Source: Zootoca vivipara (lineage: Eukaryota). From it: DNA of 64,000 nucleotides. Positions 33,923 through 47,098 of the stretch are shown piece by piece. The position numbers and the translations under genes are program-made. Where the stretch lies: NCBI RefSeq assembly GCF_963506605.1, contig NC_083290.1, positions 30,194,001 to 30,258,000 of the forward strand, written 5' to 3'. Position 1 is the first letter of the stretch. Every line of letters starts with the position of its first letter. The notes below the pieces were generated by a model. The model had not been told where the DNA came from, ran no database searches, and was given only the letters and a program-made list of their open reading frames with translations.

Positions 33923-36900
33923 TAACTTGACTCAGCTCTGCTGTCCAGGCATTTTGTGCAGCACCAACCCAGGCTGGAGGGTTTTTTGGAGAGAGGGGGC
34001 AGGGCAAGTTTGTCATGGTCCTCTGTGCAGCCATCTCTTGCGCCACAAAACTGCTCTGTCTTGGATCTGTCTTAGAGGGCCTGCTTCTGGTATTGGGCCA
34101 TAGAGACAGCTGGTGCATAATGCTGGTGTGTAACTCACTCAGTTGCCCAGAGATGGCCGAGGCAGTCTCAAAAGTCCAGAATGGTGGTCCTGCTGGGTGG
34201 CTTCAGCAGTCACATCAAGGATACATCTTGCCCTACATGGCCTCTTGAGCAACCATGGGGCTGGCCCAATATATCATTGGTCCAATCCATAATGCAAGGC
34301 ATATCCTCAATTGGGTCCTTGTGAAGGTAGGGGATCCTATTGTCATGGTCAGACCACTCCCTGGTGAAGTTTGGGCTTATGGCATCTGTCTCTCCCTGCA
34401 GGGGTGGGGGACCTCTTAGAATGGTCCTTCTACACAGGCTAATGGATTCCTGAATGCTCTGGGGAATTTCCCAGTGGATAGAGCTGGTTATTCTATCAAG
34501 ACCCTGCTTTCCCTATGGAATAGTGGAATGTTATGGGGCATTGCTTGGATTGCTTCCAAATATCTCCTGTGATCCTGTAGAGCCTTTTGGGCTCCCTGCT
34601 ACTCCAGGGGGCTGTGGGCAATAAAACAAGCTGGCCAGTTTGGCAACAGTGGGTGCGTCTTAGAGGGTGCCCACCCCGTGATCAGGGGGAGCAGGGCATT
34701 TACAGCAGTGCTGCATCTCCTGCCTTGTGGAAGGAATTCCATCCCTGCTATTATCAGGCAAGCGTCAGCTGCATCAGTCCTGTGATGCTGGCCCCAAAAC
34801 TATTTTCCACACATGCTTTTTCCGAAATGCCACCTAGCTATGCTTACCATTGATCAATATGATTTGAGTTTTTTTAAATGGAATTAGATAGATATACGGT
34901 ACATTGTTCATTGTGGTTTTACACAACTTCAGTATTTTCCTATGGAAAGTGCTATATCATTTGTCTAATAAAATAAATAGCATTTAATCCTTGCCTATGC
35001 TGTGCAGAGTAGATGTTGACTGACTTGACCACCCCAGAGCTTCACTGTAGGCAAGTGGGGAGTCGCTCCAGGCTTTAGTCTCCCTTGGTCTGCCTTGGTC
35101 ACTGTTTGATTAATTGCATCACCATTGTCTGTGGTGTTTTACAGAGTGAGATTGGCTACCTCCCTGTTTAAACATTAACACCAAGTTGCTGAAAAAAAGA
35201 AATGGAGGGAGAGGGGCCAAGGAAGGGTCACAATGGAATGATCTGATTTCTGTTTGCTTTACAAATATCAGCACTGGGTTTCTTGGGGATCCACAGAGCA
35301 GACCTTGTATCAATGAGCTGCAAGGACTACGCATGTGTCCTGTGATTGTGCCTCTGCTATTTGGGGGCTGGCCCTGGCTCTGAGGCTCCCTAGCTCTTCT
35401 GGGGTGGCTCATAGCCCCAGGATGACTCTTTGAGAGTCTTTCTGGCAGGAGCTGCAGCGAGATGATGAGGCCCCCAGAGGCCCCCATCCATTCCGTTTGC
35501 AGGAGGAGGCCTGGGCAGGTTGTTGCTCCTAATGGAACTGGTTGCTCAGCAGCCCTTTCCTGGAAGAAAGGAGGCCTCCTGTGACCCTCTTGGAAACTCT
35601 GGAAGCTGCTGGCTTCAGAAAGGCAGCTCACACCATGTAGGTGTGCAGCTGCAGGTTCCTAACCCTGTCTGGAGAACATAGGAAGCTGCCTTTATACAGA
35701 CTCGGGCTCTTGGTCCATCTAGCTCAGCATTCTGTCTCTCTGCATTGACTGGCAGTGGCTCTCCGGGATTTCAGGCAAAGGAGCCTCTTGGCCCTACCTG
35801 GAGAAGCTAGAGATTAAACCTCAGACCTTCAGTTTGAAGTGCAGTTGCTCTGCCACTGAGATCTTCCTGATGCTCCTGAAGGTACCACTTAATCCTTGAC
35901 CCAAGGAGCCCCAAAATCTGCTCTCTATTAGCTCCCTTTTACCTTTTAATCCTTTTGTTTATTTAAGAGATTTTCATACCACCTTTCATCATTGACTCCA
36001 TTGGTAGGCTGCAGAATGGCTGACTGGCTGCTGCTGCCGGTTAGAGATGCAGAAAGGAGCTGTCACAAAGTGCTGGTCATGGCAGGATTGAAGCCCAAAG
36101 TAGTGGAGCAGGCCGGGGAATTGGCAGGGGTCATCGGACTGGGTTTCCAGCTCCTGGGCATGGCCTGGGATCCTTCTGCAGTCTTCCAGAAGCACCAAGC
36201 CAGATTCATCTGGATGCATTCTCTTCCGCAACAGGCAAGCTCCCAATTCTTTGAGCCTTGGCTTGTTCTGCAGCTGCCTTGCTCTCCTGTCAGTTCCCTC
36301 AAAGCCATAGCAAGTGGGCAAAAGCATTGAGGCCCACTGTGCTGCCAAGGGGTTTCCTGCAGCTAGGGTTATGATGCAGTAGGTGGCACCCTTCCTTTGG
36401 GCTCCTTGCACTGAGCTCTGAGGGTGGAAGAGCCTTTGTAGGTGCCGACTTGCTGGCTGGAGCGTGGTGAGATACTTTAGAGGGTAGTTGCTCTGCTGGC
36501 CCCCAAAGAGCACACAGTTGTACAACCAGAGGGTTTGCAGGACAATTATTTGGCTCTGGCCACAGGACCTCTCCAAATCTATAGTCTTGCTGGGCTGGCC
36601 TTTGGTCTGGGAGTCCACTTTTCCAGGCTCTGTGAGGAGGCAAGCTGGATAGAGAGCACTCCAGCACGGTGGCTGAGGCACGTGCAGTAGAGGATGTGAT
36701 GGTGCACAGCTTAGCAACTGCATCAATCCCAGTTCCTGATACTTGTTTCGCACTGAAGATGTGGGGACTCTGGAATCTCTTCATCAGCTGGGCCCCTCTT
36801 GAGTGGGTGCCCAGGACCAAAGCTGTGGGGGAACCAGCAAGAGAGGACCTTATGCGTTCCCGGTACTTCCTTTCTCTCTCTGCTTTGTTAATATATATGA

Positions 36901-37922
36901 GAAGATGCAGGGGGGAGAGAGATGCAAGTGCGTGATGCAGCAGCTCTGAAGCTGGCAGCCTGAAGGTCATCTGTCAGCTGCAGCACCAAAGGCAAAGCTA
37001 TCTTCCAAAGAGACTAGGCTGCCCAGATATGTTTGGTGGGGACAAACAGCACATAAGAGATGGAGCCTGTCTGGCTGGGCTAATTAGCAAATACTGAGGG
37101 TAGGTAGCATGCAGGTGTGCAAAACACTCTGAGAGAGGGTTTTTTTTTGGGGGGGGGTGTCTTCAGGAGCACCTTGCACTTTCATGCTCCCATTTCCACA
37201 TCTCTTGCAGAGGTGGACCTCATTTCTGGGTATCTACAAGGCAGGATGCTCAGATCTTGGGAGATTCCCCATTCCTTTACCTTGTCCAATCTTAAGCAAC
37301 ATTCACTGATTTCCCCATATGTGACAACTGCAGATCCCCCTTGCAGGCCTTTCAAGAGGTGGACAGAGCTGCGCTCATTTTACAGAGCTTAGAAGAAGCT
37401 CCTGATGTATGAGGACAGGCTAAGGATGAGCCATGTCCGCTCCTCTGCAGAGGACCCCTGGTGAAGGGAAGGGCTGTAGCTCAGGAGCAGAGCCCCTGCT
37501 TTGCATGCAGAAGGTTCAAGGCTCAATCTCCAATGGCCTCTCCAGGTAGGGAAGGCCCCTGCCTGAAACCCTGGAGAACCTTGGGCATATGGTTGGCCAC
37601 TGTGAGGACAGGATGCTGGCCTAGATGAGCCATTGGGATGATGATTCATAGAATTGCAGAGTTGGAAGGGGCCCCTGGGGGTCATCTAATCCAGCCCCCT
37701 GCAATGCAGGAGTCATCAGGCTCTTCTTGCATTCTCATGCTGTGTGGTGTGACCCCTCTTTTGCAGGTTCTAGATTAGGGCCCCAAAGAAGGATTGCAAC
37801 CTTTTTGATGAGAATGGTGTTCTGCTCTGGACCCTGAACTGACACTGTATGTTTGGAACTCTTAAGCACTGGAGGGAAGAAGGGAAATAAATAGCACTAA
37901 GAGGCAGCTTGAAACTTTAAAG

Positions 37923-38051
37923 CAGGCACCCCCAAACTGCGGACCTCCAGATGTTTTGGCCTACAACTCCCATGATCCCTAGCTAACAGGACCAGTGGTC
38001 GGGGAAGATGTAGTCCAAAACATCTGGAGGGCCGAAGTTTGGGGATGCCTG
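37923..38051. mobile_element. hAT-type palindromic MITE (relatives near 26920-27040 and 63680-63817)
   Basis: TIR CAGGCAYCCCCAAACT, TSD CTTTAAAG/CTTTAAAC, CTACAACTCCC core. Confidence 0.8.
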
Positions 38052-38773
38052 CTTTAAACAGTCAGCTTTTTATTTATCCTAATAGCGCATATGACAGCTT
38101 ATAGAGTTATAGACTTTGTGGTTTACAATGCTTTCACTTTGAACACAGCCTATAGACTGATTTAACAATTATGAGATTAACAGTTTCCTGAATGTTCCTA
38201 AGCATACCACCTCTGTTCTTCAACTCTTAAGTCTCTTAAGTATTTTAGTGGCACCTTTTCCCAGAAGAATTTGGGTACTTGAGCTGTGAGGGGCAGTCAG
38301 GCAGGACTCAGAGGGCAGGTAGCTAAAGGGTCCTTGGCCGAGGTGGAGCTTCTGCCCATTGGCCTCCATTCCGGTATTCTTCATTAATGCCATTTGTTGA
38401 ACAAGCGTTCACTCTTCTGATTGTTTTAGATAACATTCCAGTGAACAAGTTTCTAATGGACATATGGCCTTTTTTTTTGCCTTGCTGGTCAGCTGTCAAC
38501 AGGCTATTTCTATGTTCTTAGCATTCATACCCTGCCTCTCTTCCATTATGGAACCTATGAACTGCCCAGGAGGTCACCCATCTATGGCCCTGACCAGACC
38601 CAAACATCCTTACCTTCAGCAAGGTGGTGGCCTCATATCCCTTCAGAACATACCCTGGTATGTCCACATTTGATGCTGTGATCAAGTCTTAGGCTTGCAT
38701 CTGCCTAGCTTAGGGTGATCAGCACATACTTGGCACAAGGGTGTGTTATTGGCCAAAGAAAAAAATATGTTCT

Positions 38774-38810
<37 letters not shown>

Positions 38811-39502
38811 CATGTTCATTTTCTTTGTGAAGCAAACATTACATCATTTCAATGACAATCCAGTTATTCTGGTCAACATGTTCTTTGTCTAGAAAACATC
38901 TTCTGAGACTGTCTGTCATGTGGCCTCTCTGACTATTTCGGGTGACTTTATGCTAGTGTTAAACACCCTCTGTGGTGGCTGTAAACCTCTGCATTTAAGG
39001 CATGCCAGTTTGTTGTAAGAGACCTGGGGCAGGTTGAACTTTGTGGTAGCCAGTGCCCCTTGGACAGGGTGGCCACTTCCTGCCACTAACCCTACCAGTG
39101 CTGGCTGCAGAGTCCCAATTTCATCCATTTCACCCACTAATACTGTTTCACCCACTAATACTGGTGCATTGACAATTGTCAAATACTGGGTGAAAACTGT
39201 TTGGGTGCCTGCACATCACCATGGATGTACTCTGGGTTAGTAGCCTGCAGAACTCAATGATAGACCTCATGCTTTACATGCAGAAGGCCCCAGGAGGAAA
39301 CCCTGGACATCTCTAGCTAAAAGGATGGCAATTTGCAAGTGATGAAAGAAATCGTTTTCTGCCTGAGGTCGTAAGAACATTGGAAGCTGCTTTGTGCTGA
39401 GTCAGACACTTTGGTCTATCTAGCTCAGTAATGTCAACACAACTAGATGGACAAATAGCCGCTTCCCTGATGGAAGGCAGCTCCTTTTGCTCACCTGATG
39501 GA

Positions 39503-40047
39503 GATGGATTGAGGACTAAATTAGGAAGTTAAAATTTAAACTTTCTGTCCCAAATGTGTGAGAGAAATATGAGAGTAAGCAGGCTGCAAATGAAAAAACA
39601 CTTATTCACATTTGCAGCTTACTAGAAGCTAGGAATTAGGCAATTACACCCCCCCCCATTTATTTGTGATCTGCTGACCTTCCTTTTTTTGTCCCCATTG
39701 CTAAGAATGAACCACATGTTTTAGCAAGATGAACAAAAAGGTTTCCTTACATTTCAGTGCAGGCAGCAAATACATCAATACTGTATGCAGTTAAAAATCA
39801 GTTACAAAATACAAAATTAATTTCTATAATGGCATCTGGGCTCACATCACCGGCTTGAAAGAAGAGAGAAAGGTCAGACACAGAAGAAATACATCAGATT
39901 CTCTCCTTTGTTAGAAATTCCCACCAAAGCATTAAAAAAATGACCTCATACAGCACCTTCTATATTAATTCTAGAACTCTATGCGTGAAGTTGCTCATGT
40001 GCCTGTCTGGCAATCATGCATTTGTGTTCTTGACTAGAAATCCCACA
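39503..40047 (+). repeat. Duplicated non-coding block, copy 2 (SCN4B intron 1)
   Basis: Colinear with 29669-30350, without the MITE. Confidence 0.9.
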
Positions 40048-40508
40048 TCACCTATGTCCATCACTGGGGAGGGCTTCCTGCTTGGTGGTGATGTCAGCTG
40101 CTCTGCTTTCCTCTCTGGAGGTGTGTGGAGGAAAAGAGGGCACTTCCAGACAGCCTGTTTACTGAGCATTCATTCTGATTGATTTGCAGGAAGATAACAT
40201 TGGCAAATTAATGAGTGCCCACTCTGATTTGTTCCTGGGGAGGTTAGATGACATTTATTTCATCAAAGCAAGTGTTAGCCCATACTGTCCAATGCATCTT
40301 CCAATCAATTTCTTTATGGCAAAAAGTCTGTTCTTTGGGGCAAGTGGGTTTCTTGCACAAGAACTCCCAAGCAACTATAGCAGCGCAGCCTGTACTTGCC
40401 GCTATGCTGTCGAATTTCACCCCAAAACAGCTACAGTCTGGAAGTGCCCAGAGTCTTCCCCAGCAGAACCACATCGCAGTCAACGTGCCTCTGCTTTCTC
40501 CTCCTTAG

Positions 40509-40669
40509 GCCTTCAGCTCTGCTCTGTGACACTTGCCTTGGAGGTTTCGGTGGGCAAGACGGCCGTTATCTTTGTAAAGAATGGCACGGATGTCCTCTTG
40601 CCCTGCACATTCAGCTCTTGCATCGGAATCGAGAGAGCCAACTTCTCGTGGATCAGCAATAGCACTGAA
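40509..40669 (+). CDS. SCN4B: SCN4B coding exon 2
   Basis: LEVSVGK...NGTDVLLPCTFSSCIG...WISNSTE; tag| acceptor; GAA|gtgtgt donor gives the phase 0 that exon 3 requires. Confidence 0.92.
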
Positions 40670-41317
40670 GTGTGTGGCTTACTACACTTTGCAGGCGAGG
40701 GGTTGGATAGCAAAGTGGAAAGGCATCATGAGTCTCATTAACAGCCAATGGTGTAACTTTACTGCTTTTATTATTTGCTGGTTTGAAGGTCCTAAGTCTA
40801 GGGCACAAAGGCAAAATACACGTGTCTTAATAAGTAATGAGTGACGGCCCAATTCCTTCCATGTATAACAGCTCACATACAGAACTGTGACCATCTGCTG
40901 CCCACCCCTTCCTGTCTCAGCTGTGGTCACAGGGGAGGTAAAGAAAGGCCCCCCCCCCCCCGTAGGTCTCTTATCCCCAGAGTATCCTTCAGGAGCTTCC
41001 AAACGGAGGCAGTCTCTCCTTGGCAGTTTTGGCTGTCCAGAGAAACCGGCCCTTTTCAGCTGTGCACTTTGAGCTGATGTATAACATGGAGCAGGGCTTT
41101 TGAGTGTGGCTGCTCCTGCTCTGCGGAACAGCTTCCCTTTCGAGATAGGACAGGTGTCGATCCTCTGCACCTTCTGGAAACCCTGCAAGATATTTTTGTT
41201 CCAGCAGGCTTTCCCAGCTGGGTAAATGGGTCTTTGTTCTAACTCTTATTGCTATTTTTAAGTGTTTCTGCTGTTTTTTTGTATATCACCTTGAGACACA
41301 TGTATAGAGGGTGATTA

Positions 41318-41360
<43 letters not shown>
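41318..41360. repeat. (GAT)n microsatellite
   Basis: Trinucleotide run in SCN4B intron 2. Confidence 0.95.
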
Positions 41361-41362
<2 letters not shown>

Positions 41363-41469
41363 TGCATCAAGCAGCTCTTTTCCCACCCCATCCCTGACTG
41401 TGTGACCCATCAGGGGAAGCTTCTTCTGGACCACCAGACCCTTTGCTCTTTGGTTTTTCCTTGCTGCAG

Positions 41470-41716
41470 ATATTCAAAGGAATCGTCAAGAACAAAGACT
41501 CCAAGCCAGAGCCCTACCCGGAGTACAGGTCTCTCATCAAGTACGAGTTGCCGACTGATATTGCCCTCAGCAAGGATAACCGGGAGTTCAACGTCTCCCT
41601 CCTGCTCCTCTTTGCAGAGTTCAGTGACTCTGGGAAATACACTTGCTTTGTTAAGAACCCAAGGGAGAAGAATGCCAACCATAGTGCCACCATCACGCTC
41701 AAAGTGGTCGTGGAAA
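41470..41716 (+). CDS. SCN4B: SCN4B coding exon 3
   Basis: IFKGIVKNK...EFSDSGKYTCFVKNPREKNANHSATITLKVV; 247 nt; |gtaagt donor. Confidence 0.95.
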
Positions 41717-42035
41717 GTAAGTACCAGTTGCCACCAGGGCAGCCATTGGGGGCCACAGTGGACCAGCTGCTCCTTTTGCCCAGGGGTTGTGTCGGGGCTA
41801 CTTTCCCAGCCCTGGCATTGGGTGGTGAGACAAGCTGGGTCCTCCTCACATGTATAAGGTGTGGAGGCTGCATCTCACCCAAAAGCTGCCATATTGGGGA
41901 GGAAGGGAGAGAAGGGGGTGCTTGAAGCCCCTTCCTTGGCTCATGGCACAGCCTGGCATGGATGTGCAGGCAGGGGGCACCCTACCACCCTGGGGCCCTC
42001 TTGCCTCACCCTTCCTTATCCGCTCCCTTCCCCAG

Positions 42036-42162
42036 TGGAGAAGAAGGACAACACGCTAACGGTGATCATCGTGTCAGTCGTCGGGGGTGTCATTGGACTC
42101 CTGGTCCTCATCATGTTGATCAAGAAAGTCACCCTCTTCATTCTCAAGAAGACACGGGAGAA
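42036..42162 (+). CDS. SCN4B: SCN4B coding exon 4 (TM and blocker peptide)
   Basis: DNTLTVIIVSVVGGVIGLLVLIMLIKKVTLFILKKTREK; |gtgagt donor. Confidence 0.97.
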
Positions 42163-42597
42163 GTGAGTGTGGTTGGATTCCCATTCCCTGCCACCTTCCC
42201 CTTGGGAGTAGAGACTGAGAGGCTCCCTTTCACCAGAGGGGCTGGGAGGCCCTGAGCAAAGTGGGGCCCAGTATGGCACACAGCATGTGGGCTCCAGCAT
42301 GCTGTAGGCAACTTGCGTGGCTTCTTTCTTTGGAGTATCACTGGGGTGAAGGGATTCCTTGCCTTCCTGGAGGCCATCTCATCCCTGTCCCACCCTGGGC
42401 TGCTGTTGCAAGCCCTGCTGAGCCCCAAACCTCCTGAGTGTGGCTTATGTCTCTGGGAGGCCTGGTTGCTGAATGGGAAGATTTCCCCACCTCGGGGCTG
42501 CCATTGCATAGAAGAAGGGTGAAGCAGGCTGTGGTGGTTGAGGAGAGGACACGCTGCCGGGAACAGTGATAGTTGGCCTCTTTCTTGTTCTCCGCAG

Positions 42598-42688
42598 AGA
42601 GTGTCTTGTGACTTCTTCAGGAAATGACAACACAGAGAATGGGCTGGCCGGCTCCAAAGCAGAACAGAAATCCGCCCCAAAGGCCTGA
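42598..42688 (+). CDS. SCN4B: SCN4B coding exon 5 (stop)
   Basis: ECLVTSSGNDNTENGLAGSKAEQKSAPKA*; total CDS 681 nt = 226 aa. Confidence 0.96.
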
Positions 42689-44257
42689 GGCTGCTGTGGA
42701 ACCGGTGACCTGTGTGGCCCTGAAATCCAGGCCCAGGAGGAAGAGGAGGAGAGTCGACCATTTCCAAATGATTGATGCTTGAGACACATGACTATATTAT
42801 ACAGTTGGCTGCAACCAGCACTGCTTCTCAGATAAGACTGCAGGCATTGGGCAGGCAGGCTGGGGGGAGGAGGGGCTGTGTGCTCAGGTAGTTCTTAAGC
42901 CATGAAGAGGATGCTGCCAGGTGGGATTTGGTAGGTGTGAGCTTGGGCATCTTCAATGCAATGCAGAAGCCTGGGCTGGCAGGTGGGCGTGGTGCCAGGG
43001 ACTTGGTTCTCCTCCTGGGCAGAGGGCAACCAGCTGATACAGATGGGCTGGGATCCATCAGGGGAAATGCTTGGCACCCTCTTCCCTGCCAGCCTCTCAC
43101 AGGAGCCGAGGCTCATTTCTAAAGGATGGGAGGGCCAACACTGCTGGGATAGAACTTGCACAGGCAATAGGAGTTTGAAGCACCCCTGGGAGCCAGGCGC
43201 CATTTTGCCTGTACCACTGCTGGATTTTGTCATCTTTCCTGCCTCCTGGAGTGGGTGGGAGAGTAGATAAGCTGCAAACTGCATCTGGAGCCTGCTGCTC
43301 TGTCACCACTACTGCCTGCCCACGCCCTACCTCCCACAATAGCTATACAATATTTTTTGTTTGTTTTGTTTAATGCTTGTGTGATTGTGAGGCTGAGGGG
43401 ATAAGAGAAGCAGCCTGGCTCTCATTGCTCATGCTGCACCCCTTCGGGGTTGGAGTTCCTAAAGCGGTGCTTGCTCTGCCCTCAGCCGCCACACTGTAGT
43501 GAGGAATGGCACCTAGGCAAGGTGAGCCGTTAAGCCTGGCAGCCTCTTTTCAACCCAACTGGTGAGTCTGGGGCTCCTGAACTCACGGTCCTGGGCCCAA
43601 CTTACTTGCATTGGCTCCTCCTCCTGGTCTCCTGGTGAGAGAGGAGATGGAGAGAGCCAGGAACCTGGCTTCTTGTTTCAGGCCTTTGGACTGCCTTGGA
43701 TCTGCCAAGGCCTTAAGTGTGAAGCAAGCCAATTCCCTGGCGCTCCCCTCCCCTCCTAGCTGGCCTGCCGCTTGGCTCTATATCGCTCCTCCTCTCCTGG
43801 GCTTCCCGCTGGGAGAAGAGGAAGGGAGTCTCTTCTGTCTGGCCATGGTCAGGAGCAACTCTGATGGGAACCTTGCAAGGCTTGCATGTGTCTGCAGGTT
43901 ACATTGTCTTGCCAGGATCATGACCAAAACACTTGGTCCAAAAGGCTTTGTCTTCTCTGCTACCCAGCAGACCTAAACCCCCCATTGCAGGAAGCTCCCC
44001 TTTCCTATGGCAAGTTGGTCCCTCTTTGCTGGCAAAGGGTGGAGGGAGGCCTGGAACCCCTAACCCTCTGACACCACCCATTCTGTATTTTACATCCCAC
44101 CTTTTTCTCCAAGGAGCTCAACATGGTATGCATGGTTTTCCTGCTCCTGATTTAATCCCCATAACTACCCTGTGAAGGTAGGCTGAGAGGAATTCATTGA
44201 CGCAAGGATTTCAACCCTGGTATCCCAGGTCCTCATCAGACACCCTAACCACCACCA

Positions 44258-44258
44258 C

Positions 44259-44303
<45 letters not shown>
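44258..44303. repeat. (TTA)n microsatellite
   Basis: Trinucleotide run in the presumed SCN4B 3' UTR. Confidence 0.95.
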
Positions 44304-44304
<1 letters not shown>

Positions 44305-46435
44305 TATATACCACCCTAAATCCAGAGGTCTCACTCTACCACACTGGCTTGCTAGAGCCACTAATATCTCCTCTGTGATAATAATATATATATAAAAACC
44401 TATGTCCCTGTAGCCAGGCCAAATGGGGATCCTGCAAAATGACACAGACAGAGAAGCATGACAACCTCACAGCTGCATCCCCATCGTTGTGTGTTTGGTT
44501 CAGTTGGGCATTTTCAGAATTTGGAATGTTATCTTCCCCTGTTTAAACTGGGGGAAGAAATAAAAGTTCGGCACTCTGTAGGATAGTGGACCCAGATCCA
44601 TGCTGATTTTGAGCTTACCGCAGAAATTTTCAGGCTTTTTCTTTTGTTTACCATGAGGACTAGCATCAACAACACTAATACTAATGATAATGAAAGCTAT
44701 GCGTTTGCAAATCCTGCACAAGGTTGTCCTGCAACCCACAAGAGGCCACCTCTTCCGCTTTGTCTGGTCTGGGTGAATTTGGGCAGGACAGCGTGCTAAG
44801 CTCCTGACCTCCCAGAGGTTGGGGAGGAGGGAGGGCAGGAGGGAGACAGTTCTGGGTGGTGCTCCCCACTCCCCTTTCTCATCGAAGAGATACATTTTCT
44901 GCGTTTGACAGAAAAGTGGCTGAGAAGATGCCATTTGTTCTGGGGAGTAGGAGAAATGGTCAGCTCCCACCGCAGTAGAGTTCTTTCTCTCGCTTTTTGC
45001 GTGCCTTTGAAATAGTCACATCCTTCATCTGTGCCTCAGCTTCCCATACGATGGGTAATAATATCAACCTACCCGGGGTGGGGGTGGGGGTGTAAAGAGG
45101 CTTGATTCATGGTCATTGTCAGATGTCGTAAGTGTGTGCTGGCCTTCCTCCCACCCTAATACACAAAGTGAGCACAAGAAGTTTAGCAGCTGTGGCAGCA
45201 AACATGGAGGGCCTCAGCTCTCTCAAGTGACTTCCTGGCTGTGACTTGCACTCCCCCCCCCAAGCTTTGGAAAGACACCATCCCCCTATTTCTGGATCCT
45301 GCTTTGATTTCTGCTCCTATGTCTGCTTTCTTTCCTCCTTCCTCTTGACCCCCCCCCCCACGCAAGGAGGTGTGAACAGCAATAACAGTGCAACCCAGCC
45401 TGAGCCAGCAGCAGCAGCAGCAGCAGCCGACAGGACGGGCTGGTGTTGGACAAATTAACCAGATTCCTCAGGTTAATGAATCCTCTTCACTGGGTGTAGC
45501 AGCAAATCCAAAGAAAAAGAAACTACCACCCCACCCTCCACTTGCACTCCTCTGAACCGTCTGCCTAAGCAGGCTGGTGGACGAGGGTGAAGTCACAGTC
45601 TGCGACGTTTGGCAATAATGTCAGAAGGTGGGAGCCTGGAAGGGCCAAGGAAGGGCTCCAATTCACAGCCAGGCTTGCAGGCAGAGCTCCCATGGGAGTC
45701 CCGGAGCAGCCCAGCAGGGGGCACTAGCTGCTTAAGGCGGAGGAAGAAGTTGAGGGGCAGCATTGGCCAGGGAACCTTCTGCCCAGGAGGACTTCCTGGC
45801 TGGGCTAACACTGATGCCCCCCCCAATGTTCCTCCCACCTCTGTTTTTATTTCAAGCTGAGCCTTTGCCCCAGGGCGGGGGCAAGTTGCCACCAGGAGCA
45901 GTGGCCAGCTAGACTCTGGTGTGAAACCTGAGCCTGCCCGTGAGAGTGGCTGGTGGGCCATTGGTCCTGTGCTGGCTTTTGGGAGGCCTGTTCATCTCCC
46001 CTGGTGGCTCTTCCCCTGGCAGTAGGACCCTGAGGATGACGACCCTGCCTGCAGCTTGCCTCAAGGCCCTGCCTTCCTCACCAAGGGCTTTCCATCACCA
46101 AGCTGTCTTGCGCTTATGCGTGCCCCCCCCACCCGCCCTGCTCCCTCTGTGAATACAAGAGACTATCCGAGCAGAGCTCTTTCTCCCTCCTGATCCAGCT
46201 GCTTCTGCCACAAGGCCTCCCCACTCTGCCCTCCTTCCTTTTCCAAAGAGGCTGGCAGCCTCTGCTGGAGCAAGCCTGGCGCTGCCTGCATGCGCTCATG
46301 CCAGGAACGGAAGAGGAGGCGGCAGGCTAGCATAGAGGCTGGGCCAAGCACAGGTGCACCTTTGGTAACCGGTGTTGCCTTCGAGACTTCTCTTTTGCAC
46401 TCTTCAGCTGTAATTGGCTTCATTGCCCTGAATGA

Positions 46436-46441
46436 AATAAA
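46436..46441 (+). terminator. SCN4B: Candidate SCN4B polyadenylation signal
   Basis: AATAAA followed by a GT/T-rich downstream element; implies a ~3.7-kb 3' UTR. Another AATAAA lies near 44558. Confidence 0.55.
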
Positions 46442-47098
46442 TCGTTTATATTTACTACAGAGGCTGCTTTCGTTTTGTTCTTTGGAGTGTGTGCAAGTGT
46501 CTCAATGACACTGGGTTTTTATGGGTGTTAAAACACATGCAGAGACAGAGATCCACTCGAGCCTTTTTTCCCTGACCTGAGCCAAGACATGCATGCCGTC
46601 CTCCATGGCTGAAAGCCAAAGCCTCCTTGATCCCACACTGAAAAATAAATATTTAGCAAGGATTTCCAGAGGCACCAAACCCTTCCTCCCAGTGCTGGAT
46701 GCTCCGGGGCAGGATTTGTACTGGGAAATTTCCAAGAGCTGGTCCTCTCTCCTGTGCTTGGGGAAGGGATGCTGCATTTTCTTACCCTCTGTGTCTACTT
46801 CTCCTGCTCCGGGGCAGAAGAGAACAGTTGCTGGGGATAATGGCTATTTTATGGGACAAGCAAGCAGCCTGGGGCTGCTGAACTTTGGGGTCCAAAGCTC
46901 AACCTACGAGATCAACTATGTTCTCTTTGGGCTTTCTGCATTTTCAACTGGTAGCCAGGGCTGGCTGCCTGCTTTGCTCGTGCATTCTAAGTTTCACTTC
47001 TGCAAAAAGTTTCACTTCTGCCACCTCTCTGTGGTGGTGGAGGATGCAGCAGAAGGTGTACAGGGCAGATCCCTGTGCCTGAAGTTCTATCATTTGCA

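Noticed and set aside
35989-36970. Overlapping 254-aa and 223-aa minus-strand ORFs in SCN4B intron 1
   Set aside because: No recognisable motif, no splice or promoter support, and several frames are open, which suggests a compositional effect.
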